From: Candidatus Zambryskiibacteriota bacterium
Lineage (GTDB): Bacteria > Patescibacteriota > Minisyncoccia > Phycocordibacterales > WO2-35-19
DNA length: 64,000 nt
Assembly (NCBI GenBank): GCA_016932555.1
Contig: JAFGCQ010000004.1
Location: 990 to 64,989 of the forward strand
Direction: 5' to 3'
The notes beneath the pieces are model-generated. The model did no database searches, had not been told where the DNA came from, and was given only the letters and a program-made list of their open reading frames with translations. Made by a program: the position numbers and the translations under genes. Position 1 is the stretch's first letter. The number at the start of each line of letters is the position of its first letter. Shown piece after piece: positions 40,273-49,588 of the stretch.

Positions 40273-40752
40273 TTATTCTGATTTTTCTTCAGTTTTTTCC
40301 TCTGTTCCATTATCTGCTTTAGCAGATTCTTCAGAATCATTTACTTTTGTTTGTGTGTTTGTGTCAAATTCTTCTTCTACTTCAGGTACTTCCTTGATAT
40401 TTCTCATTTGCCTTCTAACTTCCTTGGTTGCCTTTTCGCGGATATGATAAAGCTTGGCGCGGCGGACCTTAGATCTTTTTATCACTTCTATTTTTTCAAT
40501 AGCTGGAGAATAAATTGGAAATATTCTTTCTACTCCTACTCCGCTAGCCATTTTACGAATAGTGAGAGTACCTCCAGCTTCTTTGCCATGCTTTACTGCC
40601 AAACAAAGACCTTCAAAATCTTGCAGGCGAGTTTTCGGCTTACCGGTTTTTTTATCCTTTTCAACAATTTTTTGAGTCACACAAATAGTATCTCCAGAAC
40701 GAATATCTAAGTTTTTGCGTTTCTCTATGTCTATTGGTGATATCTTGATCAT
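40273..40752 (-). CDS. rplS: 50S ribosomal protein L19 with acidic C-terminal extension
   Basis: FEGLCLAVKHG...TIRK...GVGVERIFPIYSP...VRRAKLY core. Confidence 0.85.
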   Translation of the reverse strand: MIKISPIDIEKRKNLDIRSGDTICVTQKIVEKDKKTGKPKTRLQDFEGLCLAVKHGKEAGGTLTIRKMASGVGVERIFPIYSPAIEKIEVIKRSKVRRAKLYHIREKATKEVRRQMRNIKEVPEVEEEFDTNTQTKVNDSEESAKADNGTEEKTEEKSE

Positions 40753-40824
40753 AATTTTTATTTTAAGTTTTCGAATTATGAATCTTGAATTATGCTTAAT
40801 TCTTAATTCATACCTCTTGCCTGA

Positions 40825-41673
40825 CTAGTGTTTCTTCCCCACTTTTCTTCGACTGACGATAAACTTCTCTGAATATTTCTTGGGCGATCTGGTTTTTTGA
40901 CCTTTGCCAGTCGGTTTACCCCATTTAGAAACAGCTCTCCTTCGGCCGCGACCCTGTCTCCCCTCACCACCACCATGCGGATGATCAACCGGATTTTGGG
41001 CGGTGCCTCTAACAGTTGGTCTTATGCCTTTCCATCGGCTTTTGCCAGCTTTACCATAATTTTCAAGTTTTTTTTCTTCATTAGAAACTTCTCCGACACT
41101 GGCCCAGCAAGTTTCTTTAACCTTTCTAACCTCAGACGATGGCATTTTGAGATCTACCATTCCAGCGTCTTTAGCAATTACTTGAACGAAATTACCAGCA
41201 CTGCGAGCAATTTTGGCTCCACTTTTGGGTTTTAGTTCAACATTATAAATAAAAGTGCCAATTGGAATATCTTTAAGCGGCATTCGATTGCCCGTTTTTA
41301 TTTCTGCTCCTTCGGCTGTTAAAAACTCCTCGTTAAGATTTATACCTTTAGGTAAAAGTATATATTTTTTTTCACCATCTCTATAAATTACAAGACCAAT
41401 AAAACCAGTGCGATTTGGGTCATATTCTATAGAAGTTACTCTGTAAGGAATACCAATTTTGTTATATTTAAAATCAACTTCTCTAAAAAGCCTTTTGTTT
41501 CCTGACCCTTTGTGGCGAGTAGTAATCCGACCAGCATTATTTCTGCCAACTGCTCTTTTGCGTCCAAAAGTTAAAGATTTTTCTGGTTTGGTTTTAGTTA
41601 GTAAAGACTTATAAAACACATTGGCCATATGCCTTCTGGATTTAGTTTTTGGTTTGTATTTTTTGATGCTCAT
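40825..41673 (-). CDS. rplB: 50S ribosomal protein L2
   Basis: Full-length family match including NPVDHPHGGGEG. Confidence 0.9.
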   Translation of the reverse strand: MSIKKYKPKTKSRRHMANVFYKSLLTKTKPEKSLTFGRKRAVGRNNAGRITTRHKGSGNKRLFREVDFKYNKIGIPYRVTSIEYDPNRTGFIGLVIYRDGEKKYILLPKGINLNEEFLTAEGAEIKTGNRMPLKDIPIGTFIYNVELKPKSGAKIARSAGNFVQVIAKDAGMVDLKMPSSEVRKVKETCWASVGEVSNEEKKLENYGKAGKSRWKGIRPTVRGTAQNPVDHPHGGGEGRQGRGRRRAVSKWGKPTGKGQKTRSPKKYSEKFIVSRRKVGKKH

Positions 41674-41711
41674 TTTATTTTCTTATTTCGTAACTCTTAA
41701 CTCGTATCCCG

Positions 41712-41999
41712 TTACTCTATCTTATCTCCTTTTTTCAGATAAACATAAGCTTTTTTCACTCCTGATTTGGTACCTTTTTTACCTCGTATAAAAACTCGCT
41801 TTGTTGGATTCTTAACAATATTAATTTTTATAGGCTTAATTTTGTAAAAAACTTCAATAGCTTTAGCAATTTGGTTTTTAGTGGCCTCTGAAGAAACCTC
41901 GAAGGTATGGGTATTCGCTTCTGCAGCTAAATTAGCCTTTTCAGTAATTCTAGGTCTTAAAATAATATTTGCGTATTTTGCTTTTAAATCTTTCATCAT
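41712..41999 (-). CDS. rplW: 50S ribosomal protein L23
   Basis: ILRPRITEK...FEV motif; position in the cluster. Confidence 0.85.
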   Translation of the reverse strand: MMKDLKAKYANIILRPRITEKANLAAEANTHTFEVSSEATKNQIAKAIEVFYKIKPIKINIVKNPTKRVFIRGKKGTKSGVKKAYVYLKKGDKIE

Positions 42000-42008
42000 G
42001 TTTAAATT

Positions 42009-42677
42009 TTATTTAAGCTTTAAAGATAAAATTTCAATTGATTTTTTTGGATTAACAATAATAAGGTTCCTATATTGAAGCAAATCTAAAATATTCAAAT
42101 CTTTCACTTGTCCAATCTTCAGATTACTAAAATTACCGAAGCTCTTTAAAATATTGTTATCTTTTTCTCCCAAAATTAAAAAGCATGCATTTTTTCTTCC
42201 CTTCAACGAATCAAATCCTTTAATTTTAGTTAATGAAGTCAAGATGTTTTTAGCTTCTTTAGCTTTCGGCTCTTTAAAGACAAAATTGTCAATTAAAATA
42301 ATTTCGCCATCGCTAAGTTTTTTAGAAAGTATACTGAAAAGCGCTTTGACCTTCATTTTTTTATTTATTTTTCTAGAATAATTTTTGTCAGCTCTGGGTC
42401 CGTGAGCTACACCGCCGCCGATCCAGATAGGTGACCGGCGAGAACCATGCCTAGCTTGACCAGTACCTTTTTGTTTCCAAGGCTTCCTGCCAGTACCGGA
42501 AACTTCACCTCGAATCTTAGCGTGAGCGGTACCAGTACGTTTATTCGTCATCATGGAATCCACCATTTGACGAACCAGTCTTTCAGTTTTGGTATTCCAA
42601 GATAAACCAAAAACTTCTAGGGGAAGTTTTATTTCTCCTGTTTCTTTCCCTTCTTGATTGTAAATTTTTGCTTCCAT
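42009..42677 (-). CDS. rplD: 50S ribosomal protein L4
   Basis: GTGRKPWKQKGTGQARHGS motif. Confidence 0.9.
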   Translation of the reverse strand: MEAKIYNQEGKETGEIKLPLEVFGLSWNTKTERLVRQMVDSMMTNKRTGTAHAKIRGEVSGTGRKPWKQKGTGQARHGSRRSPIWIGGGVAHGPRADKNYSRKINKKMKVKALFSILSKKLSDGEIILIDNFVFKEPKAKEAKNILTSLTKIKGFDSLKGRKNACFLILGEKDNNILKSFGNFSNLKIGQVKDLNILDLLQYRNLIIVNPKKSIEILSLKLK

Positions 42678-42713
42678 AATTTTAATCTCGAGTTACGATA
42701 AACAAGTCAAGAG

Positions 42714-43346
42714 TTACGATTTCGAATTTCGTGTTTCGTTACTCACATTTTTTACTTCAACTAATGTTCCTCTTCTACCGGGTATTGCTCCAGAGACCAA
42801 TAAATTGTTGTTCTCCATATCAATACCTACTACTTTAAGATTTTTAACTGTTATTCTTTTACCTCCCATGCGACCAGCCATTCTAGTACCTTTAAGAACT
42901 CTTTGTACACCACCAACTCCGATAGAACCCGGTTCTCTTTCAGAATGTTTCTGGCCATGAGTACGGGGACCACCATGAAAACCATGTCTCTTCACAACCC
43001 CCTGAAAACCTTTAGCTTTAGATATGGCTGAAACAGCAACAGTATCTCCTATTTCAAAAATATCAGCTAAAATCTTTTCATTTTTTTTGAATTCTATATT
43101 TTCTACTCTAAACTCCTTAAGAACAGCTGGTTTTAATTCTCCCAAGTGGCCCTTAAGCGGTTTAGAGATTTTGTTCTCCTTGCGATAGCCGAAAGCGACT
43201 TGAACAGCATTATAGCCATCTTTTTCGTTAGTTTTGATGAAAGAGACTACATTAGGTTCCACGTTCAAAACAGTCACCGGAGTCACTCTGTTATCTTCCC
43301 CAAAGATTTGGGTCATATTTACCTTTTTGGCCAATAAAAATTTCAT
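42714..43346 (-). CDS. rplC: 50S ribosomal protein L3
   Basis: KKVNMTQIF start region; FQGVVKRHGF motif. ATG at 43346 preferred. Confidence 0.9.
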   Translation of the reverse strand: MKFLLAKKVNMTQIFGEDNRVTPVTVLNVEPNVVSFIKTNEKDGYNAVQVAFGYRKENKISKPLKGHLGELKPAVLKEFRVENIEFKKNEKILADIFEIGDTVAVSAISKAKGFQGVVKRHGFHGGPRTHGQKHSEREPGSIGVGGVQRVLKGTRMAGRMGGKRITVKNLKVVGIDMENNNLLVSGAIPGRRGTLVEVKNVSNETRNSKS

Positions 43347-43366
43347 GCTACAAATTTCCACAAATT

Positions 43367-43385
43367 AGATCGAATGATACGAATA
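43367..43385 (-). repeat. Fragment of the CGAAT element in the rpsJ-rplC spacer
   Basis: AGATCGAATGATACGAAT is an 18-nt exact match to 33303-33320. Further CGAAT/ATTCG motifs run to about 43430. Confidence 0.7.
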
Positions 43386-43460
43386 AAGACTTTTTTATTC
43401 GCGCGAATAAAAAATGCCGCTCGGCTCCGAATAAATTAACAAATATTCCGTTAAATTGCA

Positions 43461-43482
43461 AGCCCCCGCCGAGGCGGGGGCT
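43461..43482 (-). other. GC-rich stem-loop between rpsJ and rplC
   Basis: AGCCCCCGCC-GA-GGCGGGGGCT; 10-bp self-complementary arms, 6 nt after the S10 stop. Confidence 0.6.
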
Positions 43483-43488
43483 TAAGAG

Positions 43489-43914
43489 TTACATTATCTT
43501 TACATCTATGTTCACCCCTGAGGGTAAAGATAGATTGGTCAGAGAGTCCATTATTTTAGGAGAAGGATTGATAATATCAATCACCCTGCGATGAATTCGC
43601 ATTTCAAACTGTTCTCTCGCATTTTTATAGATAAATGGCGAGCGATTAACGGTATATTTCTTAATTTGAGTAGGTAAAGGGATAGGCCCCACTACCTGAG
43701 CATCATAACGCAAAGCGGTATCTATAATCTGCTTTACTGAAATATCAAGCACTTTGTATTCATAAGCCATTACCCTGATACGAAGCTTAGAAATTAAGTC
43801 TTCTTTCTTTTTTTTAGAAGATTTTTTTGCAATAGTTTTCTTCTCCTTTTTATCTTTTTCTTGCCCGACTTTGTTTTTCAGGCGGGTTTCTTTTTTTAAT
43901 GTGCTCTCTGCCAT
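43489..43914 (-). CDS. rpsJ: 30S ribosomal protein S10 with Lys-rich N-terminal extension of about 40 aa
   Basis: Core KLRIRVMAYEYKVLD...; no alternative start nearer the core. Confidence 0.85.
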   Translation of the reverse strand: MAESTLKKETRLKNKVGQEKDKKEKKTIAKKSSKKKKEDLISKLRIRVMAYEYKVLDISVKQIIDTALRYDAQVVGPIPLPTQIKKYTVNRSPFIYKNAREQFEMRIHRRVIDIINPSPKIMDSLTNLSLPSGVNIDVKIM

Positions 43915-43928
43915 ATCAATAAATTTTA

Positions 43929-45131
43929 CTAGGCAACAATTTTGGTTACTACTCCAGCTCCAACAGTCTTGCCTCCTTCACGAATAGCAAATCTTTGCTG
44001 TTCTTCAAGGGCCACTGGAGCTACTAATTTTACTTTAAAAGTAACAGTATCACCCGGCATTACCATTTCCACTCCTTCAGCAAGAGTAACTTCACCGGTT
44101 ACATCAGTAGTCCTGATGTAAAATTGAGGTTTATAGCCAGTAAAGAATGGAGTATGTCGACCGCCTTCTTCTTTCTTTAATACATAAACTTCAGCTTCAA
44201 AATCGGTATGAGGAGTGACAGTACCCGGTTTAGCAATAACTTGGCCACGATGGACATCTTCTTTTTTGAGACCGCGTAAAAGAATACCAGCGTTGTCGCC
44301 ACATTGACCTTCTTGAAGTTGTTTATTGAACATTTCTACACCAGTAACAGTAGTTTTCTGGGCATCTTTAAGCCCAATAACTTCAACTTCCTCACCAACC
44401 TTAACAACACCTCTTTCTATCTTACCAGTAACTACAGTACCTCTGCCTTCAATAGAAAATATGTCTTCAATGGGCATAAGAAATGGTTTATCTAGATCTC
44501 TTTCAGGAGTCGGGAAGTAAGTGTCAAGGGCATTGACCAATTCCATAATTTTTTGCGCCCATTCATCACTAGCATCTTTAGCTTCTAAAGCTTTAAGGCC
44601 AGAACCTCTAATAATCGGAGTATTCTTACCATCATACTGGTTTTTGTCCAAAAGCTCTCGGATTTCTTCTTCAACTAAATCAATTAAATCAGCTTCTTGA
44701 ACCATATCACACTTGTTTAGAAAAACGATAATTTTTGGTACACCCACTTGGCGGGCCAAAAGGATATGCTCTCTGGTTTGAGGCATCACACCATCAGTAG
44801 CGGCAACTACTAGAACAGCCCCGTCCATTTGAGCCGCCCCAGTAATCATGTTTTTGATATAGTCGGCGTGTCCTGGAGCATCAACGTGAGCATAGTGTCT
44901 AGTTGGGGTCCAATATTCACTGTGGTGCAGAGCAATAGTAATACCTCTAGCTTTTTCTTCAGGAGCATTGTCAATATTACTAATATCTTCCACCCTAGCT
45001 CCATAACCCTCATCTTTTTTCATATCAAGAATCTTGAGGATAGCAGCTGTTAAGGTAGTTTTACCGTGGTCAACGTGGCCCACAGTACCAACATTTATAT
45101 GTGGTTTTGAACGATCAAATTGTTCTGCCAT
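43929..45131 (-). CDS. tuf: Elongation factor Tu
   Basis: [18 protein letters not shown] motifs; 400 aa. Confidence 0.95.
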   Translation of the reverse strand: MAEQFDRSKPHINVGTVGHVDHGKTTLTAAILKILDMKKDEGYGARVEDISNIDNAPEEKARGITIALHHSEYWTPTRHYAHVDAPGHADYIKNMITGAAQMDGAVLVVAATDGVMPQTREHILLARQVGVPKIIVFLNKCDMVQEADLIDLVEEEIRELLDKNQYDGKNTPIIRGSGLKALEAKDASDEWAQKIMELVNALDTYFPTPERDLDKPFLMPIEDIFSIEGRGTVVTGKIERGVVKVGEEVEVIGLKDAQKTTVTGVEMFNKQLQEGQCGDNAGILLRGLKKEDVHRGQVIAKPGTVTPHTDFEAEVYVLKKEEGGRHTPFFTGYKPQFYIRTTDVTGEVTLAEGVEMVMPGDTVTFKVKLVAPVALEEQQRFAIREGGKTVGAGVVTKIVA

Positions 45132-45274
45132 AATTTTTGATTAAAATTTATTATTAATTTATTTTTTAAAATAAGCGTTAAAAACGCAACTCGCAATCCT
45201 CCCACTTTCGCGGGCAAGCGAGTCTTTTATTTCAATAAGTTAAATATTAACAAATCTACAAAACAAGTCAAATT

Positions 45275-45847
45275 TTACCAACAATTTTCCAGTGGAACGG
45301 CTTGGCAGCCAATAGGATCATTTGTTACGGCAGGATTACTAGTTATTTGCCAAGACCAAATTTCGTTAGTCGCGGGAATATATCTGTGATAATCAAAAAA
45401 TTTAGTTCCATAAGCAGGCCAACTATCTGCGACACTTTCTATTATGAACTTATAATTAAATCCATCAGAACAATATAAATAACCACTCCATTCGACAGTA
45501 ATCCCCGAGGGGTCAACTGGTAATTCTGATATGTAAGTTGGGGCAAGGTCTGGTATATAACCATTTAGTCCGCTAGTATTTTTAAAAGCATCGGGACAAA
45601 GATTACAAAAACCATACCAATCTTTGTCTGGAAGCTGACAAGCGCCAGTAAAGGGGTATGATCCATGATCTAAATGATAAAGCTCTAGAGCAGTTTGTAT
45701 TGCTAACATATCTTCTTTTCTTTTGGCATCTCTAGCGTTACCCTTAACTTCATCTAGATTTGCAATTGTAATACTGGATAAAATACCAATAATGGCAATA
45801 ACTACCAGAAGTTCCACTAATGTAAAACCCTTTTTATATTTTTTCAT
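45275..45847 (-). CDS. Type IV pilin-like protein (third paralog, outside the main locus)
   Basis: MKKYKK leader, then GFTLVELLVVIAIIGIL. Confidence 0.7.
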   Translation of the reverse strand: MKKYKKGFTLVELLVVIAIIGILSSITIANLDEVKGNARDAKRKEDMLAIQTALELYHLDHGSYPFTGACQLPDKDWYGFCNLCPDAFKNTSGLNGYIPDLAPTYISELPVDPSGITVEWSGYLYCSDGFNYKFIIESVADSWPAYGTKFFDYHRYIPATNEIWSWQITSNPAVTNDPIGCQAVPLENCW

Positions 45848-46119
45848 TGTTTCGGTTGAATAAAAGGCGGACCCTGATTATAAATAACTTCATATCCGGC
45901 GGGTGCTTTAATTTCTAAACTAGGACCCATAACTCTTTTTATGAAAAAAGAACCAATGAGAACTAGAGTGGCTATTAATACTAGTATTGTCAAAAATGAT
46001 TCTAAATTCAATTTAGAGAAAAAACTTCCATAATGCTTTTTTTTGATTTCTGGTTTATTTGGTCTACCGCCTATTTTTATAGCAGGATACTCAATTTTCT
46101 CTTCATTGTTATTAAACAT
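45844..46119 (-). CDS. Single-pass hypothetical protein
   Basis: ORF with one TM helix; 4-nt overlap with the pilin-like gene. Confidence 0.35.
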   Translation of the reverse strand: MFNNNEEKIEYPAIKIGGRPNKPEIKKKHYGSFFSKLNLESFLTILVLIATLVLIGSFFIKRVMGPSLEIKAPAGYEVIYNQGPPFIQPKQ

Positions 46120-46154
46120 AAAATTAAGCCGCTTTTTGTAAACGATTATTTCTA

Positions 46155-46985
46155 TTAATAGCCATAAGATGTTCGCCTAAACGCTTGGTTAAATTTTACC
46201 TCTTTATTAGTTGAATCTGTTCTTAATTCCGGAGTTTTATTAATCTTTTTTATTAAACTTTCATCAGCTATTAATTTAAAAGCTGGTTTCTCGGTTTTAA
46301 TTTCAACTGCAGTTTCTGGTTTAGGATTTAATATTTCAGGCACTTTATCTTCAATTAAAGCTTCATTGGGATGAGCTTTGACCCAATCTGAAATTTTTCT
46401 GTCATTCTCTAAATCGATATCTTCTCTAGCGCTGCCGGGTTTTATTATATCCCTAGCTTTTTGCAGTAGATTATTTATTTTATCTGCATCCCTAAAAAGC
46501 TCGGATAAATCAAGTTTATTGCCTACTCTTAAAGTATCACCACCCAAACCATATTTGGCCGGATCTTGAAATAATTTGTTTGTTAGTGCCCTTAACGTGT
46601 ATGATTTTTGGGTCTCCGTTAATTCGCTAAATTTTTCAGTAAACTCATTTAAATCTTCTTTCAAAAAATTCCATACTGAGTCTCCTGACACTACCTTATG
46701 CTCAAACGAAGACTTTGGCGAAGCTTCAATTTGACTTTCTTCTAAAACAGGCTGAAAACTTTGTCTCGACAGCAATCTATTTTCCGTAAAGTTAGGTGCT
46801 TCTTTTCTTTCTTCCTGAGATTTAGAGATTTCTATACCATTTTCTAAAGTAGATTTTGGTTCAGATTCTATTTCTTCAGATATTATAGAATTTTTCTGCT
46901 CTTCTAACCATTTTTGCTTATCTTGAATGCTCCAATTCTCAAAATCTTCGGGGAATGATTTTTTATTTTGGGATACAGATTCCAT
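46155..46985 (-). CDS. Hypothetical protein
   Basis: ORF only; acidic and low-complexity. Confidence 0.35.
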   Translation of the reverse strand: MESVSQNKKSFPEDFENWSIQDKQKWLEEQKNSIISEEIESEPKSTLENGIEISKSQEERKEAPNFTENRLLSRQSFQPVLEESQIEASPKSSFEHKVVSGDSVWNFLKEDLNEFTEKFSELTETQKSYTLRALTNKLFQDPAKYGLGGDTLRVGNKLDLSELFRDADKINNLLQKARDIIKPGSAREDIDLENDRKISDWVKAHPNEALIEDKVPEILNPKPETAVEIKTEKPAFKLIADESLIKKINKTPELRTDSTNKEVKFNQAFRRTSYGY

Positions 46986-47023
46986 ATTTAGATTATAAAT
47001 TAAAAAACCGATAAATTAAACTC

Positions 47024-47052
47024 TTGACTTGTTAATTACTCAGGTATATAAT
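47024..47052 (+). promoter_or_regulatory. Sigma70-type promoter upstream of nusA
   Basis: TTGACT, 17-nt spacer, TATAAT. Confidence 0.6.
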
Positions 47053-47073
47053 AGTTGTAATACTGAAAGATAG

Positions 47074-47103
47074 AAATTCCGCTTAACCCGCGGAATTTTT
47101 ATT
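47074..47103 (+). terminator. Terminator-like hairpin in the nusA leader (possible attenuator)
   Basis: AAATTCCGC/GCGGAATTT stem followed by TTATTT; about 15 nt after the predicted transcription start. Confidence 0.5.
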
Positions 47104-47182
47104 TCAAGTTTTTATTCATATCATTCGACTTGTCCGTTCGTAGTTTTAGTGAAGTTGAATCTTATCCGTAAAATTCACAAAC

Positions 47183-48319
47183 ATGTTTGATTTGAAAGTT
47201 ATAAATTCGGTTCTAGACCAATTAGAAGAAGAGCGCGGTATACCAAAAGAGAAAGTCATCGAAGCTATCGGGGAAGCTTTAGCTTTTGCCTACAAAAAAG
47301 AGTATGGTAAACGTGGACAGATTATTCGAGCCAATTTTGACATAAAAACCGGTAGCGTAGAAATGAATCAAATTAAAATTGTAGTCGACAATTCCAAAGT
47401 TTTTATGAACAAAGAAGATCTGGAAAAAGCCATTGAAACTGCTGAAGAAGATGATGATGATCGAGTACTTTTTAATACTGAACATCATATCCTTTTGCCT
47501 GACGCTAAAAAGATCAAAAAAGATGCCGTAGTTGGAGATGAAATAATTTTCCCACTTGAATCCAAAAACGACTATGGCCGTATTGCTTCACAAACAGCTA
47601 AACAAGTTATTATTCAAAAAATTAGAGAAGCTGAAAGAAATTCGGTTCTTAAAGAATTTGGGGAAAGAGAAGGCGATATTATCACTGGCACTGTCCAGAG
47701 GATAGAAAGAGGAAATATTTTTATAGATGTTGGCCGAGCTGTCGGTATTTTGCCTTACGAAGAACAAATACCCGGAGAAAGATTCGGTCAAGGTGAAAGA
47801 ATCAGATCCTATCTCTATAAAGTAGAAGATGGCCCCAAGGGTGTAGCTCTGAGACTTTCACGTTCTCATCCGCGTTTTCTTATAAAACTCTTTGAGAATG
47901 AAGTTCCGGAACTCAGCAGTGGTGCCATTGAAATTAAATCTGTAGCCAGAGAGGCTGGTTCGAGATCTAAAGTAGCTGTAGTTTCTAACGATGATTATAT
48001 AGACCCAGTAGGATCATTAGTTGGACAAAGAGGTGTCAGGGTAGCTACAGTTACAAGTGAGCTTGGTGGTGAGAAAATTGACATTATTGAATGGTCTCCC
48101 GATTCAGCTGAGTTCATAGAAGATGCACTCTCTCCGGCTAAAATAGTTTCTATTAATATAGATGAAGAAAATAGACAAGCTAGCGTAGTGGTAGCCGAAG
48201 ATCAACAATCATTAGCTATTGGTAAAGGTGGCCAAAATGTACGCTTAGCTGCTAAATTAACTGGTTGGCGAATAGACATTAAGTCAATTGAAGGTGAAAA
48301 ATTAGAAACTGCCGTATAG
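47183..48319 (+). CDS. nusA: Transcription termination/antitermination factor NusA
   Basis: N-terminal domain, S1 and two KH domains (GKGGQNVRLA). Confidence 0.9.
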   Translation: MFDLKVINSVLDQLEEERGIPKEKVIEAIGEALAFAYKKEYGKRGQIIRANFDIKTGSVEMNQIKIVVDNSKVFMNKEDLEKAIETAEEDDDDRVLFNTEHHILLPDAKKIKKDAVVGDEIIFPLESKNDYGRIASQTAKQVIIQKIREAERNSVLKEFGEREGDIITGTVQRIERGNIFIDVGRAVGILPYEEQIPGERFGQGERIRSYLYKVEDGPKGVALRLSRSHPRFLIKLFENEVPELSSGAIEIKSVAREAGSRSKVAVVSNDDYIDPVGSLVGQRGVRVATVTSELGGEKIDIIEWSPDSAEFIEDALSPAKIVSINIDEENRQASVVVAEDQQSLAIGKGGQNVRLAAKLTGWRIDIKSIEGEKLETAV

Positions 48320-48427
48320 TAAAAATTATTTAATAAAAGATATCAAGGTATTGGAATATTGATCTTGATTTTTTGTGATATAATAATAAGCGTAGAATTT
48401 GGAATTAATTACAAATAATTTAAAATT

Positions 48428-49150
48428 ATGAAAAATAATATATTGGTTTTTATTGCTTTTATTTGTTTATTAGTTATACCAGTTTCGTTATTAGCCGTCA
48501 CCGTTAACAGTACGGGTACTCAAAATCAAGAACAAAAAGCGCCAGCTGAATCTGTTAGTGCTATCAAAGAGCAAGAGAGAAATCAAGTTGAAGAAATGAA
48601 GAGCGAAATAGAAGGCCAAATAGAAACTATCAGAAACAGGATAGAGGCGAAAAAAGAAGAATTAAAGCAAGAAATGGAACAAAAAAGAGAGGAGATTAGA
48701 AATTCTATTGAAGATAGGAGGCAAAATATAGCTAACCAGATTCAAAGTAATCTTAATCAGTTTATAGAAAAAATTATTGAGAGATTTGATGCCGCAATAG
48801 AGCGTTTAGAAATCTTAACAATCAGAATTGAATCACGAATTGAAAAAATAGAAGCTAGGGATATTGATGTCGAAGAAGCCAAAAGTTTGTTAGATATTGC
48901 CAATGATAAAATCGATACAGCTAAAGTTAGTGTTACTATTATTGGCTCCACACTTGAAAATGACGGAGTACCGACTACAAACACCGCAAAAGCTGAATAT
49001 GAGGCGTTTAAGATCCAAATTGCCCAAGCCAAATCTGACATAAAAGCAGCCCATACGTCACTTATAGACGTAGTAAATAGTCTCAAGCCGGGTGCTAACA
49101 AATTGAGAGAATTAGAAGAAGATACTCCAAACGAGATCTCTGATGAATAA
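48428..49150 (+). CDS. Secreted coiled-coil protein
   Basis: Signal peptide plus Glu/Lys/Ile-rich heptad sequence. Confidence 0.4.
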   Translation: MKNNILVFIAFICLLVIPVSLLAVTVNSTGTQNQEQKAPAESVSAIKEQERNQVEEMKSEIEGQIETIRNRIEAKKEELKQEMEQKREEIRNSIEDRRQNIANQIQSNLNQFIEKIIERFDAAIERLEILTIRIESRIEKIEARDIDVEEAKSLLDIANDKIDTAKVSVTIIGSTLENDGVPTTNTAKAEYEAFKIQIAQAKSDIKAAHTSLIDVVNSLKPGANKLRELEEDTPNEISDE

Positions 49151-49188
49151 TCTTTGAAATTTATTATTTATAATTTAAAATTAAAAAT

Positions 49189-49497
49189 ATGGATACATTC
49201 AACCCAAATCAAATGCCCCCGATTCAAGATAATCCTGAAAAAAAATCGATTGGGCCGCTTATCTCTGTTATTATAATTTTAGTGCTAATTATAGTAGGAG
49301 GTTTATATTTTCTAAAAACCAGATCTGAACGCAATGTTTATATTCCAAATACAGAAGAAGGCGCTGATTCTGTAGTTGAATCCTTAAAACAGCAAGAAGA
49401 ATCTGATGAGTTAGATTCTATAGAAGCCGACCTCTTAAATACTGATCTGGATAATCTCGATCAAGACGCCGCAGCCATAGAAGCAGAGTTGGAATAA
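49189..49497 (+). CDS. Single-pass membrane protein with acidic tail
   Basis: ORF with one TM helix. Confidence 0.35.
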   Translation: MDTFNPNQMPPIQDNPEKKSIGPLISVIIILVLIIVGGLYFLKTRSERNVYIPNTEEGADSVVESLKQQEESDELDSIEADLLNTDLDNLDQDAAAIEAELE

Positions 49498-49514
49498 ACA
49501 AAATAAAAAACCGA

Positions 49515-49543
49515 AAAAACCCCGTAATTCCCGGGGTTTTTTG
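49515..49543 (+). terminator. Rho-independent terminator
   Basis: AAAAACCCCG/CGGGGTTTTT stem with T-run. Confidence 0.7.
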
Positions 49544-49588
49544 ATTAGTTATCTTGATTTATAAGCATTTTTAAGTTAGACTGCTAAA

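Noticed and set aside
40803-40988. 61-aa ORF overlapping the 3' end of rplB in another frame
   Set aside because: It lies almost entirely within the conserved L2 C-terminus, so L2 explains the region.
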